A program made the position numbers and the translations under genes. The notes beneath the pieces were generated by a model that was given only the letters and a program-made list of their open reading frames with translations, was not told the DNA's origin and ran no database searches. A stretch of 32,000 bases of DNA from Candidatus Korarchaeum cryptofilum OPF8 (GTDB taxonomy: Archaea; Korarchaeota; Korarchaeia; Korarchaeales; Korarchaeaceae), in the NCBI RefSeq assembly GCF_000019605.1, contig NC_010482.1:810001-842000 (forward strand), written 5' to 3'. Shown here piece by piece: positions 8,503 to 16,856 of this stretch (position 1 is the stretch's first letter; every line of letters starts with the position of its first letter).

Positions 8503-8943
8503 ACTGATTAAAGGGCATCTTTTTAGGAGCCATGGCCCTTCATATTGTTAACGTGGATTGAGATGCCTCCTATTACATTAAGCTCCGGATTCCCCGAGCT
8601 TCATCCAAAGCGTGAAGCTAGCGATAGTTCGAGGCTACGTAGGACATGATCTATGCGAGGATCAGCTCGCGAGTGAAGAGCTTGCTTATGCGGAGGAGAA
8701 CGTAAAAGGAATGCGAAGCTCAAAAGAGGATTCAGAGTCCAGCGGGAAGCTTTTTCGAATGAATCAGAGGTTGAAAGACCTCAGGATTATCTTTCTTCCG
8801 CTCTTCGCAACTCGGAGTTGTGAGAGCTTCATCGATACCTACCGAGAGCCATTTGGTATTAATATCGTCGATTATGATACGATTAACGTAACCAATATGC
8901 TTAAAATATGATTTCAGTCGCGTTGGATAAGAGGTGATTCGCA

Positions 8944-9960
8944 TTGAAGGTATCGATATTCGGAGCATCCGGGTACACGGGCGGCGAGCTGCTCAGGATA
9001 TTAGTCAATCACCCGGGCATAGAGCTATCTTTTTTAACATCAAGGGAATATGAAGGCAAGCCTGTTCACCTAGTTCACCCTCATCTGAAGGGGCTCCTCA
9101 AGTCGAAGTTCTCATCTATGAGTGAGGCGATGAGAGGGGACTACGACCTCGCTTTCCTCTCCCTGCCTCCGGGCATCTCAAAGGATCTGACGCCAAAGTT
9201 ACTAGAGGTTGGGATCAAGGTCGTTGATCTGAGCCCGGATTTCAGGCTGAAGGATCCCGAGCTATATGAGAGGTGGTACGGATGGAAGCATCCCTTCCCG
9301 GATCTCCTGGAGAGATCAGTTTACGGGATCCCTGAGTTCAATAGGGATGTGATAAGGTACTCTTCTCTAGTAGCCGCACCGGGCTGTAATGCTACATCCA
9401 CTCTTCTGGCCTCAGCTCCCCTTGCCAGCCTCGGTGCAAATCGCCTCATAGCGGATCTGAAAGTTGGGAGCAGTGAGGCAGGTTCTAAGCCCTCCAAGGG
9501 ATCTCATCACCCTGAGAGGAGTCATGCTATAAGGCCTTATTCCCCTTCGGGGCACAGACATCAGGCGGAAGTTGAACAAGAGCTCAGGAAATTAAATGCA
9601 TCCATCAAGGTCAGCATAATCCCTCACTCCGTCGGGGCGGTGAGGGGCTCCTTCGCCAGCGTTTATGCTCTAATTGATGTCGATGAGGAGACTCTATGGA
9701 GGGAATTCGCCAAGCTATACTCCAATGAGCCCTTCATAAGGATAATGCCGAGAGGTACGTTCCCCGATGTCAAGAACGTTATCGGTAGTAATTTCGCGGA
9801 TCTCGGTTTCTCGAGCGATGAGGGATTCGGTAGAGCGACTGGCTTCGCTGCCATAGATAACTTGATGAAGGGGGCGGCGGGGCAGGCTGTACAGTGCATG
9901 AACCTAATGCTCGGATTCAAGGAGACGGAAGCTCTCCTCATCCCTCCCCTGAGGCCTTGA
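8944..9960 (+). CDS. lysY: [LysW]-aminoadipate/glutamate phosphate reductase (N-acetyl-gamma-glutamyl-phosphate reductase family)
   Basis: N-terminal Rossmann motif KVSIFGASGYTGGELLR and active-site motif AAPGCNATS. TTG start is preceded by a perfect Shine-Dalgarno GAGGTGAT (8931-8938) at 5-nt spacing. It sits in a LysW cluster. Confidence 0.9.
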   Translation: MKVSIFGASGYTGGELLRILVNHPGIELSFLTSREYEGKPVHLVHPHLKGLLKSKFSSMSEAMRGDYDLAFLSLPPGISKDLTPKLLEVGIKVVDLSPDFRLKDPELYERWYGWKHPFPDLLERSVYGIPEFNRDVIRYSSLVAAPGCNATSTLLASAPLASLGANRLIADLKVGSSEAGSKPSKGSHHPERSHAIRPYSPSGHRHQAEVEQELRKLNASIKVSIIPHSVGAVRGSFASVYALIDVDEETLWREFAKLYSNEPFIRIMPRGTFPDVKNVIGSNFADLGFSSDEGFGRATGFAAIDNLMKGAAGQAVQCMNLMLGFKETEALLIPPLRP

Positions 9961-9969
9961 GGTGTTAGC

Positions 9970-10743
9970 ATGCTTGTCGTCAAGGTAGGAGGTAGGGCTC
10001 TTCGAAACTTGAGGGAGATATGCAGGGACCTAGCTAAATATGAGTTCATACTCGTTCACGGAGGGGGAGATGAGGTCAGCGATGTATCGAGGAGGATGGG
10101 CATAGAGCCGAAGTTCGTGACGTCCCCCTCGGGCCTGAGGAGCAGGTACACTGATGAGAATGAGATAGAGGTATATGTAATGGTGATGGCCGGGAAGATA
10201 AACAAGTTGATCGTGAACGAGCTCCTGAACCTCGGCATCAGGGCGGTCGGCATCTCAGGACTGGATGGTCCCACTCTTATAGCTGAGAGGAAGGAGAGGA
10301 TAATCGTTCAGGAGGGCGGAAGGAGGTTCGCGATCCCAGGTGGTTATACCGGCAGGATAGTGGAGGTTAGGAGGGATCTCATCGATAGCCTCACTAGATC
10401 TGGCTACAGCGTGGTTATTTCACCTATCTCGAGGGGGAAGGGAGGGGAGATTCTGAACGTGGATGGAGATCAGGCTGCGGTCAGCATAGCTGAGGCTATG
10501 CTTCCCGAGGGCCTGGTGATCCTATCGGATGTGGATGGTGTCATCGTCGATGGCGAGGTCAGGAGGGTAATCTGGGCAGATGAGATAGGATCTATCGAGG
10601 GAATAGGGGGAGGGATGTTGAGGAAGTTGATGATGTCCGCTAAAGTAGCTGGGTTGACACGCGTCTTGATAGCGAACGGCCTGAGGGACGAACCGGTGAC
10701 CAGAGCGTTGAGGGGAGAGGGCACATCCATCGAAGTCAGGTAA
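9970..10743 (+). CDS. lysZ: [LysW]-aminoadipate/glutamate kinase (acetylglutamate kinase family)
   Basis: Amino acid kinase motifs ILVHGGGDEVS and LNVDGDQAA. Shine-Dalgarno GAGGTG (9959-9964) precedes the ATG. It lies immediately downstream of lysY. Confidence 0.9.
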   Translation: MLVVKVGGRALRNLREICRDLAKYEFILVHGGGDEVSDVSRRMGIEPKFVTSPSGLRSRYTDENEIEVYVMVMAGKINKLIVNELLNLGIRAVGISGLDGPTLIAERKERIIVQEGGRRFAIPGGYTGRIVEVRRDLIDSLTRSGYSVVISPISRGKGGEILNVDGDQAAVSIAEAMLPEGLVILSDVDGVIVDGEVRRVIWADEIGSIEGIGGGMLRKLMMSAKVAGLTRVLIANGLRDEPVTRALRGEGTSIEVR

Positions 10744-10769
10744 TGAGTTTTACATTATTTTCCGATATT

Positions 10770-10831
10770 CGTACCTATAGGTACGATAGTAATGCTTATA
10801 TTTTCGAGTGTTCGCATCTCTGGGTGCGAAC
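10770..10831 (+). promoter_or_regulatory. Internal lysW promoter region: 16-bp perfect palindrome, TATA-like box, then a 7-bp inverted repeat abutting the ATG
   Basis: CGTACCTATAGGTACG (10770-10785) is a perfect palindrome. TTATATTTT lies at 10796-10804. GTTCGCA (10810-10816) and TGCGAAC (10825-10831) form an inverted repeat ending 1 nt before ATG 10832. Confidence 0.5.
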
Positions 10832-11002
10832 ATGGAGGCGAGATGTCCGATATGTGGTTCGACTCTCGAGGTCCCGGATGACGCGATCCCGGGAGAGCTA
10901 ATAGACTGTAACTCCTGCGGAGCCCTTCTTGAGGTCTTCAATGATAACGGAGCCATTTCCCTAAGGGAAGCAGGGGGAGTGCTCGAGGATTGGGGAGAAT
11001 GA
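10832..11002 (+). CDS. lysW: Amino-group carrier protein LysW
   Basis: 56 aa with a zinc-ribbon CPICG...CNSCG and the diagnostic acidic C-terminus EDWGE. ATG 10832 is preferred over the track's GTG 10808, which would lie inside the TATA/inverted-repeat region. Confidence 0.9.
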   Translation: MEARCPICGSTLEVPDDAIPGELIDCNSCGALLEVFNDNGAISLREAGGVLEDWGE

Positions 11003-11838
11003 GGGTAGCTCTGGTCTACGAGAGGCTGAGGGAGGAGGAGTCCCAGATACTGAGGGCCATGGAGAGGCTAGGTGTTGAGGGAGTCTTGCTTCATCTACCA
11101 TCGAATCACTACAGATTGGAAGCTAGAGCCTCGGAAGCTGATGTAGCCCTCATCAGGACGATGAGTCACACTAATTCAGTCGCCTCCTCGGAAATTTTAT
11201 CGAATCGTGGGCTGAAATGTGTTAACTCCCCTGAGGTCATAAGGGTATGCGGCGATAAGCTCCTAACCTCCCTCAAGTTGATTAGCTCTGGCATACCTAC
11301 CCCTAAGACAGCTGTAGCCTTCTCCCCGGAGGGAGCTTTGAGGGCAGCCAAGGAGATTGGCTTCCCCGTCGTAGTTAAGCCCGTCAACGGGAGCTGGGGT
11401 AGGTTAGTCTCGCTGGCTAGGGATGAGGAGGAACTGAGGAGCATAATTGAGCATAGGGAGGCGATAGGTTCCCCTTACTATAGGATACACTACATTCAGG
11501 AGTACATCGAGAAGCCGGATCGTGATATAAGGGCTTATGGGACTGATAAAGAATTTATAACAGCTATATATAGGATATCAAATCACTGGATAACTAATAC
11601 GGCTAGAGGAGCTAGAGTTGAGCCCGTGAGAGCTACTGAAGATCTCAGAGATCTAGTCTTGAGGACATGTGAAGCTCTGGGCGGGGGTTTCTTGGGCATA
11701 GATATAGTTGAGGATAGGGAGAGGGGTCTTATGGTCCTAGAAGCAAATGCAGTGACTGAGTTCAAGAACGCGGCGAGGGCTACTGGAGTTGACATCGCTG
11801 GGGAGCTAGTTAGGTACGCGGTGTCTAGATGTTCATGA
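10999..11838 (+). CDS. lysX: RimK-type ATP-grasp ligase, [LysW]-aminoadipate/glutamate ligase
   Basis: ATP-grasp motifs (GFPVVVKPVNGSWGR, IQEYI). The ATG overlaps the lysW stop as ATGA (10999-11002). It is the only ATP-grasp ligase in the cluster. Confidence 0.9.
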   Translation: MRVALVYERLREEESQILRAMERLGVEGVLLHLPSNHYRLEARASEADVALIRTMSHTNSVASSEILSNRGLKCVNSPEVIRVCGDKLLTSLKLISSGIPTPKTAVAFSPEGALRAAKEIGFPVVVKPVNGSWGRLVSLARDEEELRSIIEHREAIGSPYYRIHYIQEYIEKPDRDIRAYGTDKEFITAIYRISNHWITNTARGARVEPVRATEDLRDLVLRTCEALGGGFLGIDIVEDRERGLMVLEANAVTEFKNAARATGVDIAGELVRYAVSRCS

Positions 11839-12944
11839 GGTTCCAGGCCCATAGGGGCTTGAAGCTCATCAGGGGAGAGGGCCAGTACGTCTGGGACTCC
11901 GAGGGCAGGAGGTACTTGGATGCTCATACCGGTCACGGGGCCGCTTTCCTCGGGCACAGGCCTAGAAAGGTCGTTGATGCCATAAAGGAGCAGTTGGATA
12001 AGCTGATGGTGGCATCCACCACTTTCTCGACAGATGCTATGGAGGATTGCCTCTCCTCCCTGGGCAAGATACTCCCGAGCAAGCTCAATAACGTTTACTT
12101 CCAGAACAGCGGTGCTGAAGCAGTCGAACTGGCCCTCAAGCTAGCTTTCAAAGCTACAGGGAGGAGGGGCCTTCTCTCCTTCAAGAACGGATTCCACGGC
12201 AGGACTCTGGGGGCCCTCTCAGTCACTTGGAACAGGGAGTACAGGGAGGGCTTACCCCTCCTCAGGGCTGAGTTCGGGGAGTTCAACGATATCTCCTCAG
12301 CGGATCTGATAAATGATGAGACGGCTGCAGTGATATTGGAGCCTGTCCAGGGTGAGGGAGGCATAGAGCCCTCGAGACGCGATTTCCTGGTCGAGCTAAG
12401 GAGGGCTTGCGATGAAGCTGGAGCTGTGCTCATATTCGATGAGGTGCAATGCGGTTTCGGTAGGACTGGGGCCACTTGGGCCCATCAGAGCAGGGGGGTT
12501 GAGCCGGACATACTTATAGCTGGGAAGAGCATAGCCTCGGGATTCCCGATAAGCTTAGTAGCCGCTAAGGATTGGGTGATCGAGGGCTTGAGGGCTGGAT
12601 TCCATGGGAGCACTCACGGCGGCAATCCCTTAGCTTGCGCTGCCTTAAAAGCTTCTATAGAGCTCTTCATCGAGGAAAACGTTCCAGAAGCAGCGAGGAA
12701 GATGGGCAAGTCTCTGGCTTCTATGATAAGCGAGTACGCTGAGCTCAAGGGGGAGGGTCTGATGCTGGGCGTGAGGGTTAAGCAGCCCGGCAGAGCTATA
12801 AGATCCCTCCAGGCCTCGGGGGTACTGGCTCTAAAGGCCGGGGAGGATATGGTTAGGTTACTCCCCCCTTACTGCATAACTGAGGAGGATTGCTCCTTCC
12901 TATCCGGGAGGCTCAGGAGGGTCCTGAGTGAGCAAAGTAGCTGA
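11829..12944 (+). CDS. lysJ: Class-III PLP aminotransferase, [LysW]-aminoadipate semialdehyde / acetylornithine transaminase family
   Basis: Motifs NSGAEAVE, DEVQCGFGRTG and PLP-Lys context IAGKSIASGFP. It overlaps the lysX stop by 10 nt. Confidence 0.9.
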   Translation: MFMRFQAHRGLKLIRGEGQYVWDSEGRRYLDAHTGHGAAFLGHRPRKVVDAIKEQLDKLMVASTTFSTDAMEDCLSSLGKILPSKLNNVYFQNSGAEAVELALKLAFKATGRRGLLSFKNGFHGRTLGALSVTWNREYREGLPLLRAEFGEFNDISSADLINDETAAVILEPVQGEGGIEPSRRDFLVELRRACDEAGAVLIFDEVQCGFGRTGATWAHQSRGVEPDILIAGKSIASGFPISLVAAKDWVIEGLRAGFHGSTHGGNPLACAALKASIELFIEENVPEAARKMGKSLASMISEYAELKGEGLMLGVRVKQPGRAIRSLQASGVLALKAGEDMVRLLPPYCITEEDCSFLSGRLRRVLSEQSS

Positions 12945-13962
12945 AGTGCTCTTAGCTTTACTGAAGGCCTACAGCCCGACTGGAAGGGAGAAAAATGCTG
13001 AGAGGGTCCTAATTGAAGTAGCCAGGGGCCTGGGGCTCGAAGCCCATTCAGATGGAGTCGGTAATGTGATAGCTTCGAAGGGGGATGGGTGCGTCATGCT
13101 GCTCGGCCACTACGATACTGTGCCCGGGAAGTTGAGAGTCAGTGTCCGGAAAGGGACAGTATCCGGAAGAGGGGCTGTTGATGCTAAGGGCCCTCTGGCC
13201 GCGATGCTGGTAGCGGCCTCGTTATCCGAGAGGCCCGTGAGAGTCGCCGCTGTAGTGGGGGAGGAGGGAGATAGCAGGGGAGTCAGGGAGCTATTGAAGG
13301 GGGGGCTGCCCCCTTACGTGATAGTGGGCGAGCCCACGAATACAGTGGGAGTGGCGATAGAGTATAGAGGAGGGGCCAAGCTCATTCTGAGGTGCAGAGC
13401 GAGCGGAGGGCACTCCTCATCCCCCGGGGATTCTGCCATAGAGAAGCTGATCTCGTGCTTGGAGAGGATTCAGGGGAGCCTGAAGGGGATCGAGGGGGTC
13501 AGCTCTAGGGTGACTGTGATGAGGGGAGGGGAGTATGAGAACGTGCTGCCTAGGAGAGCTGAGTGCATTCTGGATCTGAGGTTCTCAGTGGGGCACTCAC
13601 TTCAGGAGATCCTAGAGCGGATTGAAATTGAGGATGGATGCGATATAATCCTGAAGGGATCCGTGGATCCTGTCTCAGTCAGGCCGACGGATCCTGTCCC
13701 GAGGGCCTTAACTAGAGCTATAATAACTTCTGGAGCTAAACCTATCCTACTCAGGAAGCTTGGATCGAGCGATATGAATCATATTTCGAATTACGTGAGG
13801 AGCTGCGCAGCTTACGGTCCCGGGGATTCATCGTTAGCTCACACGGACAGGGAGAGAATTCAATTGAAGGATCTGGAGTTCTCAGTAGCGGTTTATAAGA
13901 AAGCGATAGAGATACTGAGCGATTCCTTCAGCTCAATAGAAGCTACTCACAGCAATTTTTGA
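12928..13962 (+). CDS. lysK: M20-family [LysW]-lysine/ornithine hydrolase
   Basis: M20 metal-ligand motifs LLGHYDTVPG, GRGAVDAKG and VGEEGDS. GTG start overlaps lysJ by 17 nt and is preceded by GGAGGG. A T6 tract (13990-13995) follows the stop. Confidence 0.85.
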   Translation: MSKVAEVLLALLKAYSPTGREKNAERVLIEVARGLGLEAHSDGVGNVIASKGDGCVMLLGHYDTVPGKLRVSVRKGTVSGRGAVDAKGPLAAMLVAASLSERPVRVAAVVGEEGDSRGVRELLKGGLPPYVIVGEPTNTVGVAIEYRGGAKLILRCRASGGHSSSPGDSAIEKLISCLERIQGSLKGIEGVSSRVTVMRGGEYENVLPRRAECILDLRFSVGHSLQEILERIEIEDGCDIILKGSVDPVSVRPTDPVPRALTRAIITSGAKPILLRKLGSSDMNHISNYVRSCAAYGPGDSSLAHTDRERIQLKDLEFSVAVYKKAIEILSDSFSSIEATHSNF

Positions 13963-14119
13963 TAATGTAGTTCTACCTTCAAATGCTCATTTTTTCTCAG
14001 CTTATATTTACTGATTCATTCAAGCGATTTTTCATCAGCATCGGTCTAGGCGCATCTATTATCGCTACGCCTGGCGGGAATATGAAAGCAGTTTTATACT
14101 CGGCCCGCGGGAGATCGGG

Positions 14120-15238
14120 ATGCCTAAGTTCGTCGAGCTCCTCGAACTCAAGAGGGAGCTGAGGGATCAGCTGGAAAGGAAGCTCACTCAAAGGGAGAGG
14201 AATGAGGCTTTAGCGGATTCTCATTCGAGGCGAGAGCCCAGGATGTGCGGGCTCACAGTGCATCCCGGGAGGGGCTGCAGCTTAGGTTGCAAATACTGTT
14301 ACGTGGAGGATATGGGGATAAGGGGGCCTCCCGAGAGCTACAAGCTCAGCGGTTTGCAGTTAGTTTACGCGATACTATCGAACACATTCTTCCTCCCCTC
14401 GGAGCAGGGGACTATGCTCGCCTTCGGCTCCATAACGGAGCCCTTCTTACCCGGTATAAGGGAGAGGACCTTCGAGTACTTGAGGGCCGTGAGCGAGCTC
14501 CTGGGGAACCCTACACAAATATCGACGAAATTCTACATAGGAAAGGAGGAATCCAGGATTCTAGGTGAGATAGATCCTAAATTGAGCGTCCTCGTTACGA
14601 TACCTTGCTTGAGTAAAGCTGAGGTGATTGAACCATATGCCCCGAGGCCGGAGCTCAGGTTCCAAACGATAAGGAACTTGAGGGATGAATCCGTACACAC
14701 CTCCCTCTTCCTTAGGCCCATAATCCCGGGAGTGGCTGATTTGGATGGACCTAAGATAATAGAGAACGCTAAATCGGCTGGCGCCAATGGGGTGGTCTTG
14801 GGGACCCTCAGGGTGACCCCCAGCATCCTAGAGAGGCTTAGAGAGGCTGGAATTCATGAGCTGGAGGAGCTACTGACTTCAAAAAACATTAAGAGGGGGA
14901 GGCAGGTCCCAATAGATACCTCCTCGATTAAATCCTCCTTGAGGAGGGTAGCTCTGAGAGCTGGATTGAGGGTCTTCCCCGCGGCATGCTCAGCCAATAT
15001 GGATTCTCATTCCTTAGGTTGTTATGCTTGTTCCTTCGGCCCCTGCTCCGGCGAGCTTCCACCTATAGATCCTGAGGACATAAGGGAGGGGCTCGTGAGC
15101 CTGGGCATAGCTGCGGATGTCGGGGTGAAAGGGGAGCGCCTGATCCTCCGAGTCAGGGGAGGGGTGAGGAGGGAGAAAGTCGCTAAGTACTTAGTGAGGG
15201 CTTTCGCCAGGAGGATGGTATCTACGATGAGGACTTGA
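14120..15238 (+). CDS. Radical SAM protein (SplB / COG1533-like) with an extra C-terminal Cys cluster
   Basis: CX3CX2C motif [13 protein letters not shown] and a second cluster [20 protein letters not shown] near the C-terminus. TATA-like AGTTTTATACT (14090-14100) lies about 25 nt upstream of the ATG. Confidence 0.75.
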   Translation: MPKFVELLELKRELRDQLERKLTQRERNEALADSHSRREPRMCGLTVHPGRGCSLGCKYCYVEDMGIRGPPESYKLSGLQLVYAILSNTFFLPSEQGTMLAFGSITEPFLPGIRERTFEYLRAVSELLGNPTQISTKFYIGKEESRILGEIDPKLSVLVTIPCLSKAEVIEPYAPRPELRFQTIRNLRDESVHTSLFLRPIIPGVADLDGPKIIENAKSAGANGVVLGTLRVTPSILERLREAGIHELEELLTSKNIKRGRQVPIDTSSIKSSLRRVALRAGLRVFPAACSANMDSHSLGCYACSFGPCSGELPPIDPEDIREGLVSLGIAADVGVKGERLILRVRGGVRREKVAKYLVRAFARRMVSTMRT

Positions 15239-15440
15239 GCCTTAGGAGAGCGTTCACGTTCCATTCATGCACGCTTTTCCTCCTCTTATCTATGTAGATG
15301 CCCAGCTTCCTCGCTTCCTCGATGCTTATACCAGCTCTCTCGAGTTCACCTAAACTGAAGCCCCTTCCAACCCTCTTCCTCTTGAATCGCTTCGTCGAGG
15401 TGAGCACTAAGGGGCTCAGCGGCCTCATAGGGCTACTCAC
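15222..15440 (-). CDS. rpl13e: Ribosomal protein eL13 (L13e)
   Basis: [50 protein letters not shown] matches the eL13 core as I remember it. The track start is GTG 15440; ATG at 15428 is an alternative. The 3' end overlaps the convergent radical SAM gene by 17 nt. Confidence 0.7.
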   Translation of the reverse strand: MSSPMRPLSPLVLTSTKRFKRKRVGRGFSLGELERAGISIEEARKLGIYIDKRRKSVHEWNVNALLRLKSSS

Positions 15441-15556
15441 ACCTCAGATTAATAAATTTGAAGCCCAGAGTCGGCCTTCCAAATATATAAAAATTTTAAC
15501 GAATGCTAGGATTCATATAACGATAAAGCTTATTAAGTTCCCCTCCCAAATAACAT

Positions 15557-15832
15557 ATGCCGATATTCGTAATCAAGAGGGACGGTGGGAGGGAGGAGTT
15601 CTCACCTGAGAAGATAGTTGTGAGCTGCCTGAAGGCCGGAGCTCCCCTGGATGTAGCTAGAAAGATAGCTAGGATCATTGAATGCGATTTACTGAAATCA
15701 GGAATCAATGAGGTGACTACTAAGGATCTAATGAAGAGCGTGCTCAGCTACTTGAGGCAGGAGAATGAGGAGTGGTACAGGAACTGGATAGTCTTCGATA
15801 GGGCTGTGAAGAAGAGGAAGAGCGAAGAATGA
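15557..15832 (+). CDS. Standalone ATP-cone domain protein
   Basis: 91 aa beginning MPIFVIKRDGGREEFSPEKI, the classic ATP-cone opening, with no attached catalytic or DNA-binding domain. An A/T box lies about 25 nt upstream (15529-15537). Confidence 0.65.
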   Translation: MPIFVIKRDGGREEFSPEKIVVSCLKAGAPLDVARKIARIIECDLLKSGINEVTTKDLMKSVLSYLRQENEEWYRNWIVFDRAVKKRKSEE

Positions 15833-15878
15833 ACTATCCCGCCCTAAAGGAGAGATTTTCAGTTACAAAAAAGATTTT

Positions 15879-16454
15879 TTATAGTATTTCATCCAACTTC
15901 ACGATTATCGCTCCCTTCCTGACCATCTCCTCCTTAGCTCTCTCCTCATCCTCGGGGGAGATGCCCTTAATCGCCTCCTCCACTACTAGCACTTCGTAGC
16001 CTGAGCTCAACGCATCCATGACAGTTGCCCTCACGCAGTACTCGGTCGCCACCCCTCCGACGAAGAGCCTCCTAACGCCCCTCTTTCTAAGCACATCATC
16101 GAGATCAGTCCCCTCGAACCCGGAGTATGCCTCCTTATCCCTCTCCGTTGCTTTAGAAATTATTATAGAGTCCCTAGGTATCCTCAGATCCTTGTGGAAC
16201 TCAGCTCCCTCAGTCCCGGCGACGCAGTGAGGGGGCCAGGGCCCTCCCCTCTCCTTGAAGGATATGTGATCCCTCGGGTGCCAGTCCCTAGTCAGGATTA
16301 CCGGGAGCCCCCTGCTCTCGAACCTCCCGATCAGATCGTTCAGGGGCTTAACTACGGAGTCGCCATCTGGCACTGGGAGGGGACCTCCTGGCATGAAATC
16401 CCTCTGAACATCGACTATCAGGAGAGCTGAGCGATCAGTTATCGCCGCCCTCAT
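15879..16454 (-). CDS. pncA: Nicotinamidase/pyrazinamidase (isochorismatase family)
   Basis: Motifs ALLIVDVQRDFMPGG, TRDWHP, PPHCV-GT-GAEF and the catalytic Cys context GGVATEYCV. Confidence 0.9.
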   Translation of the reverse strand: MRAAITDRSALLIVDVQRDFMPGGPLPVPDGDSVVKPLNDLIGRFESRGLPVILTRDWHPRDHISFKERGGPWPPHCVAGTEGAEFHKDLRIPRDSIIISKATERDKEAYSGFEGTDLDDVLRKRGVRRLFVGGVATEYCVRATVMDALSSGYEVLVVEEAIKGISPEDEERAKEEMVRKGAIIVKLDEIL

Positions 16455-16824
16455 CAGGATCTCCTCCCGGTATATATGCTCTCACTATACCCTTGCTCTC
16501 GAACTTCATAAATATCTCTCGAGCCTTCTTCAGGCCCTTCATCAGATTCTCGAAGTACTCCTGGGGGCTTATTTTTAGGAGAGCGGAGGATTCAGCTATC
16601 TCGCTCCCTCCCCTGACCCAGACCGTTACAGCTCCCTCATAAACAGCGGCCCTTATGTGCGTAGCTACAGGCAGCCCGGCCGGGAGGAAAGCGTATCCCT
16701 CAGCCCTGGGGCTCGCTAGGAAGCCCAGGGCCTCCATCTCAGATATGAGCATCGAGATCAGGTTCTTTATCTCCTTCTGGGGGAGGTAAGCGTACAATTC
16801 GACATTGAGCTCCTCAAATCCCAT
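16435..16824 (-). CDS. Hypothetical protein (129 aa)
   Basis: Codon usage resembles its neighbours. It lies between pstS and pncA on the same strand and its stop overlaps the pncA start by 20 nt. I recognise no motif. Confidence 0.55.
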   Translation of the reverse strand: MGFEELNVELYAYLPQKEIKNLISMLISEMEALGFLASPRAEGYAFLPAGLPVATHIRAAVYEGAVTVWVRGGSEIAESSALLKISPQEYFENLMKGLKKAREIFMKFESKGIVRAYIPGGDPDEGGDN

Positions 16825-16856
16825 AAGATTCCAGCCGAGATGAAGGATAAAAATGT

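Noticed and set aside
8612-8911. A 99-aa ORF (and antisense 8732..8968) in the long spacer upstream of lysY.
   Set aside because: GTG start without a Shine-Dalgarno or well-spaced TATA. Arg and Ile codon choice (CGA, ATT/ATC) is unlike all neighbouring genes, and I recognise no motif. The antisense ORF would overlap the well-supported lysY start. It is kept only as part of the spacer finding.
8503-8943. Possibility that the long spacer encodes a structural RNA such as RNase P RNA, SRP RNA or a riboswitch.
   Set aside because: I could not find the conserved RNase P (GAGGAAAGTCC-like) or SRP helix-8 motifs on either strand. Only short 5-8-bp stems are present. By eye the region is not GC-enriched, whereas stable RNAs of thermophiles usually are. 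This is not excluded without covariance-model searches.
13997-14191. A 64-aa minus-strand ORF spanning the lysK/radical-SAM spacer.
   Set aside because: It overlaps the 5' end of the well-supported radical SAM gene in antisense and covers its TATA box. It has no recognisable motif or translation signal.
15298-15609. A 103-aa plus-strand ORF across the eL13 gene and the divergent promoter.
   Set aside because: It lies antisense to the conserved eL13 core and runs through the A/T-rich promoter region into the ATP-cone start. Its composition is typical of a shadow ORF.
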